Position numbers and translations under genes: made by a program. The notes beneath the pieces were generated by a model. That model searched no databases, was not told the origin of the DNA, and saw nothing but the letters and a program-made list of their open reading frames with translations. A stretch of DNA of 64,000 nucleotides, taken from the NCBI GenBank assembly GCA_965263295.1, contig OZ253665.1, positions 608,001-672,000 on the forward strand, read 5' to 3'. The DNA is from Spirochaetia bacterium. GTDB taxonomy: Bacteria; Spirochaetota; Spirochaetia; SP-2023. Shown here piece after piece: positions 38,096-47,479 of the stretch (positions are counted from its first letter, which is position 1; each line of letters begins with the position of its first letter).

Positions 38096-39931
38096 TCAAT
38101 TCTTTGTTGCGGGATTGATTCGGGAATTTGATTCATTCGGGCCAGATGAGAGATGAGAAATGGGGTGAGAAATAAGGCGACGGCTTCGCCTGATGGCATG
38201 GACATACCAGGCAGATTTACGGGCGCGGTAAACTAGTGTCAAGCGGTCCCGATTGTGATAGTGCAACGGCTGCAAAGCTTGCGGCATTGGCTCCAGCTTG
38301 TTGCTTGCCTTGGCTCTAGAAGTTTCAACACTTTGGCTAAACGTGCCGGGCAGCCAAATATCGTATTCAGCATGCAAAACGATTTGCATGCCATCTCGCA
38401 AGGATCTCTGTTTGGCAGGAGCTTCCAGGGCCAATTGTCGCTGACCAAGGTCAGTAAAGTGTCTTTGAATATCTAATCCACTGATGCCATAAGGTACGTA
38501 TTTAAGGCTAAGGGCAGGGATCGGACTGCCGGGGGCTGCCGATAGACCTTCTTGTTCGAGCCAGGTTTTGACACGCAAAACAACGTCTCGACCTTCGTAT
38601 CCGCGCCGAGCCTGAGTCTGGACAAAGAGCATCGTCAGCATATTGCTGTCTGTTTTGACCGTTGGACCGCCCCGATAGCTCAGCTGGCTCTGGCGTTGTG
38701 GATTGAGCTGATCAATAGATTGATAATAGAATTCAGTGACTTCGTAGGCGCTAAAACCGCTGTGTGGCGGCGGGCTTAGTGCCCGCTTTAGCGGTGTATA
38801 AGCCACACTGAAAAGGAAAATACTCAGTAGAGCAAAAATTGTAACGATGCCGCGCTTTCTGTGCCAGAAGTCCTGATACTGTAAAATCCGCTCGCGCCTG
38901 CGGCACTCGCGTTTCAGCTTGGAACTCAATTGCTGTCGTTGCTTTTCGCTACAGTCGCGCCACAAATCTGGAATCTCGCGCCATGCACTCAGGTCGGGAA
39001 GCGGTTGTGAATTCTGTTTACTCCTGCGGGATGCAGATTGCCTGGAAAAGTATTTGGAGACGCAGAGCGTTTCTTGCAATATTTTATCGTAAGTATTTGA
39101 AAGTTCTGGCCGAAACAGCTGAGCCCTGATATAAACACTGCCGCCCCCGCGCCAAGTTTGTGCCTCATCGTGCGGTGGCTCTTCACTGACGGCAGTGTTT
39201 TTTGATTGCGCGGAACCGAGTTTTGCAGGGAAGGGCAAGTCCCCGCAAAGCTTTAGGTAACTTAGGGTCGCGAGGGCATATGCCCAGATCTGGCTGTTAT
39301 GATCGCCACGGCAAGCGCTGGCCCGCAGATTTTCTCGCTGTTGGCACCAGAGCTGCTGTTGTATAAACATTTGGTCGGGCCGGCACTGGGACACGAAGTG
39401 GCACAGCTCCGGCGGCAACAGCAGAAACCGATAAGTAGTTTCTGAGCGCCAGCAGAGTAGGCTATCGCAGATGGCGCTGGCAAAGTGATAGCCATGTTTA
39501 TTTTCATATTGCCGACAAATAGCTTGTAAAAAGCCGACTAAGGATTGGAGGAATGCAATTTGCAAAAATTCGCAATTGTCCAATACATTAATGGATCGGA
39601 CTTGATGGCCAACTTCGCGCAGCACATCTATATGGGCCGAGGCGTAATACATTTCTTGGGTTTCGGCTGTGGCCGTGCTCGTCGTCTGGGCTTGGCTTGA
39701 TGCTTGGCTTGATGTTTGGCTTGGCGTTTCGCTGCGACTAACAAAGTTTGCAAATCGCCACTCCTGTAACTGCCAGCTGCCGTCAGCAGCCTGCTGCCCC
39801 CAGTAACCGGGAATTTTGTGGAGCTTCTGTCCTTGGCCGCGCAGCATGCGCTTCCACTGGCTGGCCTGCCCCAGTTGCCATTCCAAGCAGCCGGACTCAC
39901 AGTGCAGGACAAACGGCGAGGGAGCGCGCAT
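38096..39931 (-). CDS. Hypothetical single-pass membrane protein
   Basis: 611-aa ORF 12 bp downstream of aroC, with one TM helix (GIVTIFALLSIFLFSVAY). A kinase C-lobe-like YLKLCGDLPF segment is present but no catalytic kinase motifs. Confidence 0.7.
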   Translation of the reverse strand: MRAPSPFVLHCESGCLEWQLGQASQWKRMLRGQGQKLHKIPGYWGQQAADGSWQLQEWRFANFVSRSETPSQTSSQASSQAQTTSTATAETQEMYYASAHIDVLREVGHQVRSINVLDNCEFLQIAFLQSLVGFLQAICRQYENKHGYHFASAICDSLLCWRSETTYRFLLLPPELCHFVSQCRPDQMFIQQQLWCQQRENLRASACRGDHNSQIWAYALATLSYLKLCGDLPFPAKLGSAQSKNTAVSEEPPHDEAQTWRGGGSVYIRAQLFRPELSNTYDKILQETLCVSKYFSRQSASRRSKQNSQPLPDLSAWREIPDLWRDCSEKQRQQLSSKLKRECRRRERILQYQDFWHRKRGIVTIFALLSIFLFSVAYTPLKRALSPPPHSGFSAYEVTEFYYQSIDQLNPQRQSQLSYRGGPTVKTDSNMLTMLFVQTQARRGYEGRDVVLRVKTWLEQEGLSAAPGSPIPALSLKYVPYGISGLDIQRHFTDLGQRQLALEAPAKQRSLRDGMQIVLHAEYDIWLPGTFSQSVETSRAKASNKLEPMPQALQPLHYHNRDRLTLVYRARKSAWYVHAIRRSRRLISHPISHLSSGPNESNSRINPATKN

Positions 39932-39943
39932 CGCGGCTGGGTC

Positions 39944-41092
39944 TCAGCTCTTGTCTTTGCCCGAATTCTGGAACTGCGATGCCGCAACCTCAAACGGGAA
40001 CCCTTCTCGTGGGAAGTCCGGCACGCGTGTCGCACACTGGCGGAGGTAGTGGTCAGCGAGAACCAGGGCGCACATTGCCTCGACCACAGGGACGATGCGT
40101 GGGCAAATAACCGGGTCGTGTCGGCCTTCGACAATTAATTCAATCTCTTCGTGTTGGCGGTTGATGGTTTCTTGTGGCCGGGAAATCGATGAAGTTGGCT
40201 TGACCGCAATGCGGAAGAAAATCGGGGCGCCGGTGGAGATGCCGCCCAGCACGCCGCCGGCGTGGTTGCTGCGAAAATCCACATGGCGTGATGAATCGCC
40301 TGGCAAAAGGCCGTCGTTGTGCTGGCTGCCCAGCATGCGCGCCGCGGCAAAACCGGAACCGATGGCAAAACCCTTGACGGCTCCGATCGACAGCATGGCC
40401 TTGGCCAGGTCGGCATCCAGCTTGTCAAAAACGGGTTCGCCCCAGCCTGCAGGCACGCCCGTGACAAGACACGCGACAATGCCGCCGGCGCTGTCCTTCA
40501 GCTCGGTGAGCTCGCGCATGCGCCGTTCCATTTTTTGGGCTGCCGCCAGGTCACAGGTGCGAAATGGATTTTTTTCTATCGCCGTCGGCTCAAAGCTTTC
40601 CGCTGTAATACCCGCGATTTCTTCCGTGTAGGCCAGAATTTCTATCCCTAGACTTGTAAGCATTTTACGGGCAACGGCGCCAGCGGCTACGCGAGCTGAA
40701 GTCTCGCGCCCGGAGGCGCGACCGCTGCCGCGCCAGTCGCGGAATCCATACTTGGAGTCATAGCTCCAGTCTGCATGGCCTGGCCGGTAAGAATTCTTTA
40801 TATTGTCGTAATCATTGGAACGGGTGTCTCGATTGTAGAGCACCATGCCAATGCTCGTGCCGGTCGTATATCCTTCAAAAATGCCAGAGAGGATATGGAT
40901 ACGGTCGGCCTCTGTGCGCGGCGTGGTGAATTCGCTTTGACCGGGCCGGCGCCGGTTCAGCTGCAGCTGGATTTCTTCTTCACTGATGGCTAGACCGGGA
41001 GGCATGCCATCGACAATCACGCCGACACCGCCACCGTGGGATTCTCCAAAAGTGCTGATGCGCAATGCGCTGCCAAAACTGCTACCGCCCAT
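39944..41092 (-). CDS. aroC: Chorismate synthase
   Basis: STFGESHG, RRPGQ, RPGHAD, RASGRET, GEPVFDKL, GGISTG, KPTSSI, GRHDP. AAGGAG SD. Confidence 0.98.
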   Translation of the reverse strand: MGGSSFGSALRISTFGESHGGGVGVIVDGMPPGLAISEEEIQLQLNRRRPGQSEFTTPRTEADRIHILSGIFEGYTTGTSIGMVLYNRDTRSNDYDNIKNSYRPGHADWSYDSKYGFRDWRGSGRASGRETSARVAAGAVARKMLTSLGIEILAYTEEIAGITAESFEPTAIEKNPFRTCDLAAAQKMERRMRELTELKDSAGGIVACLVTGVPAGWGEPVFDKLDADLAKAMLSIGAVKGFAIGSGFAAARMLGSQHNDGLLPGDSSRHVDFRSNHAGGVLGGISTGAPIFFRIAVKPTSSISRPQETINRQHEEIELIVEGRHDPVICPRIVPVVEAMCALVLADHYLRQCATRVPDFPREGFPFEVAASQFQNSGKDKS

Positions 41093-41438
41093 GCATGGCT
41101 CTCCTTATACTATTTGAGTGTTCAAGGAGCCCCGATTATATCAGAAGAGTGTGCGCAAAGCGAGGTCCTGCGGATGGGGCCATGATCATTAAACTTGAAG
41201 GTTTAGACATTTTGGGCGTTAAGAAAGAGCTTAAATATCTTTCTATTTTTATCCCTTAGTTATTGACTTATTGACTTAATTAATTAATTTAATATACGCA
41301 CACGTCTGATTCCAGTTCAGGACTTGCTGATATGAGTTGTGGTTGTTTGCATTCCCTCACTGGTTGTGCATTCAAAACAATTGCAAATTTTATATCCGTT
41401 TGGCCCAGAATCAGAGAATAAAGCAAAGGAGAAATATA

Positions 41439-41612
41439 ATGAGCAAAACGAGCTATGAGGATTACCTTGGTGATAGGACCAAACTTAAAGCAATAGCTGA
41501 AAAAGTAAAAGAACGATTGCGAACATCTAAATATAATTGCAATATCTTGATTGCAGGTGCCACAGGCGTGGGAAAAAGTTCGCTCATAAATGTAAGGGGA
41601 GCTAAAAAATGA
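41439..41612 (+). pseudogene. N-terminal fragment of an Era/YcjF-like GTPase (G1 P-loop only)
   Basis: AAGGAG SD, ATG 41439. NILIAGATGVGKSSLIN then a stop 6 codons later. No G3 or G4 motif. Confidence 0.75.
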
Positions 41613-42073
41613 GTGACAATATATTGCAAGCCATGGTCTCTGGTGCGAGAAAAAAAGTTCACATTGCCGCTGCCGCTGCCGCTACAGCGGGTGCTTCCCC
41701 TATCCCTGGCTCCGATGCTCCAATAATTGCAGGAATCCAAAGTACGTTAGTTTTTACGATCAATCGTGAGTTTGAAGTAGAAATGGATAAATCCGTAGCA
41801 ACAAGCATAATTGCTGGCATTTTAGGCGTAACAGGAGTCGCTCAAGTGGGAAAAGCTGTTGTAGCCAATTTGCTTAAATTCATACCTGTGGCTGGCAGCA
41901 TCGCAGGTGCCGCTATTTCTGGCGGCACTGCTGTCGCGATAACCGAAGCAATTGGACATGCATATATTCGTGTGCTAAAACATTTCTTCGATAAAGAAGA
42001 AGGTCGTGTTGTTCTTCCTGGAGAGACTGCGGAAATTCTTGACATTTTTAAGAATATGTATAAAAAACCATAA
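41609..42073 (+). CDS. DUF697/YcjF-like domain, C-terminal part of the same GTPase gene
   Basis: AAAAATAGASPIPGSDAPIIAGIQ and NLLKFIPVAGS...TAVAITEAIG motifs. ATGA overlap with the P-loop fragment. Confidence 0.75.
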   Translation: MSDNILQAMVSGARKKVHIAAAAAATAGASPIPGSDAPIIAGIQSTLVFTINREFEVEMDKSVATSIIAGILGVTGVAQVGKAVVANLLKFIPVAGSIAGAAISGGTAVAITEAIGHAYIRVLKHFFDKEEGRVVLPGETAEILDIFKNMYKKP

Positions 42074-42225
42074 ACTGTATTATCGATCAATCTAGAGCGA
42101 TTTGACAATTGCTTGGGTATCGGCATTGCCTTGAAGTCAGCGAAGCATTGCCGATTATCTGAGCTTTACCGGGTCCTGTTGGACAAAGCCGACAGAGTCC
42201 AAGCACCTGCTCTTGAATGAGTGGG

Positions 42226-42653
42226 CTAGGGGTGCATTAAAAAAATGGCCCGCAATCAATGGGCAAGTCCAGAGACGACTGGACAAAGTTCATCTGGTAT
42301 ATGCGAATGACAGATGCGCTCCGAGATTGGGCTTTTGCCCAGGCAACGCGCATGATGGTGTTGAAGGACGAATTGTCCGCTTGGATTGATCGGCCAGAAA
42401 ACCTGCCCTGGGTGATGGATCGTGCTTATGAGGGGAGACCAGACGCGCCGACTTGCGCTTGACCCTCGGCTTTGAACTTGTAGTCCCTCCCAAATTAAAT
42501 CGCGTGAACTCTTGGCAATATTTGGCAATATAACAAAGAAATTTACAAACGACTTTTGAAAAAACTCAATATCATGTTGAAAGCATCCATCAAATTTGCC
42601 CCACCATTGATATGATTGATATGATTGATATGATTAGTATCAACAAGCCCTAG
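42226..42653 (+). mobile_element. Decayed IS5-family element (3' part)
   Basis: Frameshifted transposase remnants GALK(A7 run)NGPQSMGKSR, PGNAHD, MDRAYEG, VVPPK.NR and YNKEIYKR. Right end is CAACAAGCCCTAG. CTAG occurs on both sides. Confidence 0.75.
42606..42635. repeat. 9-bp tandem repeat (ATTGATATG) x3
   Basis: Read directly; lies inside the 3' end of the IS remnant. Confidence 0.85.
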
Positions 42654-42668
42654 AAAGATTCCCAAGCG

Positions 42669-42729
42669 GAGAGTTGCCCAGGGGAGTTGCCCACGGGGAG
42701 TTGCCCACGGGGAGTTGTCCAGGGGGGGG
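42669..42729. repeat. 13-14-bp tandem repeat GGGGAGTTGCCCA(C) x~4 ending in G8
   Basis: gagagttgccca-ggggagttgcccac-ggggagttgcccac-ggggagttgtcca-gggggggg. Confidence 0.85.
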
Positions 42730-43007
42730 CACAAACTGGGTCATTATCCGCTATGAGTCCGTATTTTTTGAAGTTTTGGGTCAATATTGCCCATATCGCG
42801 GAAATTCTCTACTCGTGGTGAGGCATTCTTACCCGTTCATCTTTGCGGGACTCCCGTATCAAGCGCCTTGTCAAGCATCGCCAAGCATCTTTTTAAATAT
42901 CTTTTTGAGTGCTTTTGGGGCCCACTGTGACAAGTTCGGCGCCAAATAAACCGAAGCTTTGACCGTTTCCCTAAGATAGGTGTTGGTTTGAGCATCTATC
43001 CGGCTTC

Positions 43008-43024
43008 TGGGCATGACTTTTGCT
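43008..43024 (+). promoter_or_regulatory. Putative sigma54 (-24/-12) promoter
   Basis: TGGGCATGACTTTTGCT: GG(43010-11)-N10-GC(43022-23) with GGCA and TTGCT, ~47 bp upstream of the sigma-factor ATG. Confidence 0.6.
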
Positions 43025-43070
43025 TTTAGTTTTATGGAAGTATTCCCTAATTGCCATTTGGAGGTTGACA

Positions 43071-43901
43071 ATGAATGAAAGAGATGCATTAGGTCTTTAC
43101 TTAAAAGCAATTAAAAAAATACCATTAATTTCTCGTGCAGAAGAAAATGCTTTGGCACTTGCAGCACAGGAAGGTGATATTGAAGCTCGCAATAAATTAG
43201 TGCAAGCACACCTGCGCTTTGTTATCAGCGTAGCCAAAAAATATCAGAATAACAGTCTGGCGTTGGAAGACTTAATCAGTGAAGGTAATATTGGCCTGAT
43301 TCAGGCGATTGAACATTACGATGTCAGCCGCGGGCTACATTTTATTTCTTATGCCGTTTGGTGGATCCGGCAAAGCATTATGAAGGCCCTGAATGAACAA
43401 GCGCGCGGCATACGTTTGCCGACAAACCGCAGTAATCAGTTGCGCCAAATCGAAAAATGCAGCAAAGAAATCCAGGATGAGCAGGGCAGCGAACCGACAT
43501 TTGAAGAAGTGGTCAAGATTCTGGAATTTTCGCTCTCCGATATGCGTGAAATACATAATATTTCCCAGGAAATGATTTCGCTCAATCAAAAACAGTCCGA
43601 TGAGCGTTCCAATAGCCTGCAGGATAAAGTTGCCGCCGATGTCTATTCGCCAGAAGAACAGGCTATTTTAAAATGTATGTCGGAAGACATCGGCAGTGCT
43701 CTGGAAGTTCTGCGGGAAAAGGAAGCAGATATCTTGGTTCGGCGTTTCGGTTTGAACGATCGCGAGCCAATGTCTCTCCGCCAGGTGGCCGAAGTGTACA
43801 ATCTGACAAAAGAGCGCGTGCGCCAGATCGAAAAACAGGCTTTACAAACTTTACAAAGTTCTTCAAAGACTCGTCATCTGGAAGAATATATAGCTTCCTG
43901 A
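43071..43901 (+). CDS. Sigma-70 family sigma factor lacking region 1.1 (RpoS-like / group 2)
   Basis: Region 1.2 LYLKAIKKIPLIS..EE, region 2 LRFVISVAKKY / DLISEGNIGL / FISYAVWWIRQ, IRLP, region 4 LTKERVRQIEKQAL. 276 aa. GGAGG SD before ATG 43071. Confidence 0.9.
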   Translation: MNERDALGLYLKAIKKIPLISRAEENALALAAQEGDIEARNKLVQAHLRFVISVAKKYQNNSLALEDLISEGNIGLIQAIEHYDVSRGLHFISYAVWWIRQSIMKALNEQARGIRLPTNRSNQLRQIEKCSKEIQDEQGSEPTFEEVVKILEFSLSDMREIHNISQEMISLNQKQSDERSNSLQDKVAADVYSPEEQAILKCMSEDIGSALEVLREKEADILVRRFGLNDREPMSLRQVAEVYNLTKERVRQIEKQALQTLQSSSKTRHLEEYIAS

Positions 43902-43911
43902 TTTATGCCCG

Positions 43912-43955
43912 AATACAGGAAGGATATGGAGGCCCGCAAACCGCCTTCCTGTATT
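43912..43955. terminator. Inverted repeat after the sigma gene, possible terminator
   Basis: AATACAGGAAGG ... CCTTCCTGTATT, a perfect 12-bp stem. Confidence 0.55.
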
Positions 43956-44148
43956 GTTAATTGATTGAGGAATGAATAGAGGCATATTACAGGGTTAGCC
44001 CCTGGAGGATTCTTGGATATTTGGCCCAGCGTCAAGCCACTACACCAAGCTTGGCTCTCTCGTTATAATGCCGCACTCCGTAAGGTCATCTGAATCGCCG
44101 TAAGGTTTTAGAGCTTAGGCGAATCAAATATTTTTACGAGGATGCAGC

Positions 44149-47100
44149 ATGTACGCCAATGTCGATCCGCGACCTGATTTCCCTAAAATTGAAGAGGAAA
44201 TCTTGTGCTTTTGGGATGAAAATAAAACTTTTGAACGCTCAGTAGAGCAAAATAAAGATGGCGAGCCTTTTACCTTCTACGATGGCCCACCCTTTGCCAC
44301 GGGATTGCCCCATTATGGTCACATTATGGTCGGTGTGCTCAAAGATGCCGTCCAGCGTTACAACACGATGTTGGGAAGATATGTACCTCGTCGTTTTGGC
44401 TGGGACTGTCACGGTTTGCCCGTAGAGTATGAAACGGAAAAATTGCTGGGGATTTCTGGCAAGAGCGAGATTGAAGATTATGGCATCGACAAGTTTAACG
44501 AGGCTTGCCGGAGTATTGTACAGAAATTTACTAGTGAGTGGCGCAGCACGGTGCGCCGCTCTGGCCGCTGGGTCGACTTCGACAATGAATACCGGACCAT
44601 GGACCTCAATTACATGGAGAGCATCTGGTGGGTCGTCAAACAATTGTGGGACAAAGATTTACTCTATCAAGGGCATTATATTTTGCCGTATTGTCCGCGT
44701 TGCTCAACCGTCTTATCCAACCACGACGTCGCCTTGGGTGGCTATCGTGACATCCATGACCCGACGTTAATTGTACGCTTTCCCCTGGTGCCAGCCAGTC
44801 GAAGCGGGCTGCCCGATAGCTTCCAGCAAGCGGCTGGCCGGGCTGAGGTCTGCTTTTTGGCCTGGACGACTACGCCCTGGACCTTGCCGTCGAACTTGGG
44901 TCTGGCCCTGGGTGCCGATCTCAATTATGTCCTTGTGCGCGATCAAGATAGCGCGGACGGCCTCGCGATACTCCTAGAAGACAGGCTAGCCAGCAATGTC
45001 GGAAAGGATGTCGAAATACTGGCCACAGCGAAAGGACGGGAACTGGCGGGTCTGGAATATCAGCCGCTTTTTGACTATTTTGCAGAATTGCGCAATGAAG
45101 GGGCCTTCCGCACGCATTGCGCGGATTTTGTCAGTGCTGAAGAGGGCTGTGGTATTGTCCATTGTGCTCCCGGTTTTGGTGAGGATGACTACAAATTGCT
45201 CAAGGCGGTCGGGGTACCCGTCGTGGTTCCTATCGATGAAGAATGTCGTTATACCGCTGAAGTGCGAGACTTTGCCGGCCAGTTTGTACGTGATGCCAAT
45301 AAAGACATTGCCAGCCATCTAAAGGAAGCGGGGCGGGTATTTAAGCCGGGACAAATTTTACACTCTTACCCACACTGCTGGCGCTGTGATTCGCCATTGA
45401 TTTACCGTGCGATTTCTTCGTGGTTCGTCAAAGTTGAATCACTGCGCGAAGAGCTACTAGAGTCCAATAGTCAAATTAACTGGGTGCCCGACCATTTGCG
45501 CGAAGGTCGTTTTGGCAATTGGTTGCGCAACGCGCGCGACTGGTCGATTTCGCGCAATCGTTATTGGGGCAACCCGATTCCCATTTGGGAGTGCGAAGCC
45601 GGGCACCGCCGCTGTATTTCCAGCCGTGCGGAACTGGCTGAACTAACGGGACAAGAGGTGAATGACCTGCACAAAAATTTCATTGACCACTTAGAATTTG
45701 ATTGTGTTGAGTGTCAAAAGCTGGGCGAAAGCCGCAAAATGCGCCGAGTCAGTGAAGTGCTGGACTGCTGGTTTGAATCCGGCGCGATGCCCTATGCCCA
45801 GAATCATTACCCATTTGCAAATAAAGAGTGGTTTGAGCAAAATTTTCCGGCCAATTTTATCAACGAATCGCTCGATCAGACGCGCGGCTGGTTTTATACC
45901 TTGACCGTACTATCCACGGCATTGTTCGGCCGGCCGGCGTTCAAAAATTGCGTTAGCAGCGGAATGATTCTGGCCGAAGACGGCAAAAAGATGTCGAAAT
46001 CCTTGCGCAATTATACGCCGCCCGAACGTGTGATGGACAGCTTTGGTGCCGATGCCCTGCGCCTGTATCTGCTCAGCAGTGCCGTAGTCAGGGGCGAACC
46101 GATTCGCTTTTCCGATGACGGGGTCAAGAATGTGCTCAAGAGCATTATCTTGCCGCTGTGGAACGCTTACAGTTTTTATGTCACTTATGCCAACGCCGAC
46201 GCTGTTTTTCCGCAGGCTGCGCCGCAGAATCCCCAGAACCCACTCGATCAGTGGATACTTTCAGAGTTGGAAACCCTGGTCGAAAAATTCCGCACGGCAA
46301 TGGAGCAGCTATTTTTGCCACAGGCCGTTACGCCGTTGCTTGAATTTATCGACTTGTTGAATAACTGGTACATCCGGCGTTCCCGCCGCAGGTTCTGGCG
46401 CAGTTCCAAGCAAAATGAACGAGATGGCGACAAGCATGATGCTTACGCCACACTATGGCATGTCCTCAATCAGCTCATGCGCGTTAGCGCGCCTCTGATT
46501 CCTTTTGTCAGTGAAAAAATTTACCGCGGCTTGCAAACGGAGCAACAATTGTCCTCCCATGCTGTGCCGGACTCGGTCCATCTGTGCCGGTTCCCGCAAG
46601 TGCGGCAGGAAATGCGCCGCCCCGAATTGGAGGCCCAAATGGAGCTGGCCCGTCGCTGTGTCTCGCTAGGGCGCAGCTTGCGTGCCCAGCAAAAGATTCG
46701 CAACCGCTTGCCTTTGGCCGAAGCGCGCGTGGTGACACGTGACGCACGGGAAAAAGCCTTGCTGCGAGGTCTGACCGATTTAATTCGCGAAGAACTGAAC
46801 GTAAAACGCGTACGCATCGACGATAACGAAGAGGAACTGGTGCACTATAGCGCCAAGGCAAATTTTCGCGTCCTGGGCAAGCTACTCGGAAAAGATATGA
46901 AAGCCCTGGCGGCCGAGGTTGAAAAACTGGACACCGCGAGTCTGGCTCAAATCCTCAAAGGTGAAAGCCTGACGTTACAATTTGACGGCCAGCGACACAA
47001 GGAGTTCATCATTTGTGCGCAGCATCTGGATATTCGCCGGGCGGAAAAAGCAGGTTTCTGCGTCCTCAATGAAGGGAGTCTTACACTGGCCTTGCAAACG

Positions 47101-47412
47101 ACAGGCAGCACGGAGCTGTATCGCGAGGGCTTGATTCGCGACATTGTGCGCCTGGTACAGAACCTGCGCAAAGAGGCAGATTTGGAGATATCACAGCGCA
47201 TTAGGATTCAGATCAGCGGCTCGGCAGAAGTTAAAGCGGCATTAGAAATTTTTGGAGCCGAACTGCTGGCCGAAACTCAGGGCGATGCCTGGGAATGGCG
47301 GGAGGTCGCTGAAGGCCAGGGAACTGGTCGGGAATATAATATTGGCGCGGAGCCGGGATGCGCTACAGGTAGTCGAGAAAATCTTGTTGCCTTGAGTATA
47401 AAAAAGGTATAG
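44149..47412 (+). CDS. ileS: Isoleucyl-tRNA synthetase, type 2
   Basis: DGPPFATGLPHYGH, GWDCHGLP, WTTTPWTLPSN, DQTRGWFY, KMSKS, NWYIRRSRRRFW. Confidence 0.97.
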   Translation: MYANVDPRPDFPKIEEEILCFWDENKTFERSVEQNKDGEPFTFYDGPPFATGLPHYGHIMVGVLKDAVQRYNTMLGRYVPRRFGWDCHGLPVEYETEKLLGISGKSEIEDYGIDKFNEACRSIVQKFTSEWRSTVRRSGRWVDFDNEYRTMDLNYMESIWWVVKQLWDKDLLYQGHYILPYCPRCSTVLSNHDVALGGYRDIHDPTLIVRFPLVPASRSGLPDSFQQAAGRAEVCFLAWTTTPWTLPSNLGLALGADLNYVLVRDQDSADGLAILLEDRLASNVGKDVEILATAKGRELAGLEYQPLFDYFAELRNEGAFRTHCADFVSAEEGCGIVHCAPGFGEDDYKLLKAVGVPVVVPIDEECRYTAEVRDFAGQFVRDANKDIASHLKEAGRVFKPGQILHSYPHCWRCDSPLIYRAISSWFVKVESLREELLESNSQINWVPDHLREGRFGNWLRNARDWSISRNRYWGNPIPIWECEAGHRRCISSRAELAELTGQEVNDLHKNFIDHLEFDCVECQKLGESRKMRRVSEVLDCWFESGAMPYAQNHYPFANKEWFEQNFPANFINESLDQTRGWFYTLTVLSTALFGRPAFKNCVSSGMILAEDGKKMSKSLRNYTPPERVMDSFGADALRLYLLSSAVVRGEPIRFSDDGVKNVLKSIILPLWNAYSFYVTYANADAVFPQAAPQNPQNPLDQWILSELETLVEKFRTAMEQLFLPQAVTPLLEFIDLLNNWYIRRSRRRFWRSSKQNERDGDKHDAYATLWHVLNQLMRVSAPLIPFVSEKIYRGLQTEQQLSSHAVPDSVHLCRFPQVRQEMRRPELEAQMELARRCVSLGRSLRAQQKIRNRLPLAEARVVTRDAREKALLRGLTDLIREELNVKRVRIDDNEEELVHYSAKANFRVLGKLLGKDMKALAAEVEKLDTASLAQILKGESLTLQFDGQRHKEFIICAQHLDIRRAEKAGFCVLNEGSLTLALQTTGSTELYREGLIRDIVRLVQNLRKEADLEISQRIRIQISGSAEVKAALEIFGAELLAETQGDAWEWREVAEGQGTGREYNIGAEPGCATGSRENLVALSIKKV

Positions 47413-47479
47413 AAAAGAGTGTAAAAATTCGCTCTCAGTGATTGGCTCTGAGTAACTTGGGTTTGGGAATCTTATATTT

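Noticed and set aside
42600..42730. Possible CRISPR array
   Set aside because: Repeats are 9-14 bp and directly adjacent, with no spacers and no cas genes.
43960..44148. T-box riboswitch upstream of ileS
   Set aside because: No T-box consensus (GGTGG.ACC) or terminator/antiterminator is visible.
44149..47412. Type-2 IleRS as an acquired mupirocin-resistance gene
   Set aside because: Type-2 IleRS is the normal housekeeping form in many spirochetes, and there is no mobile context.
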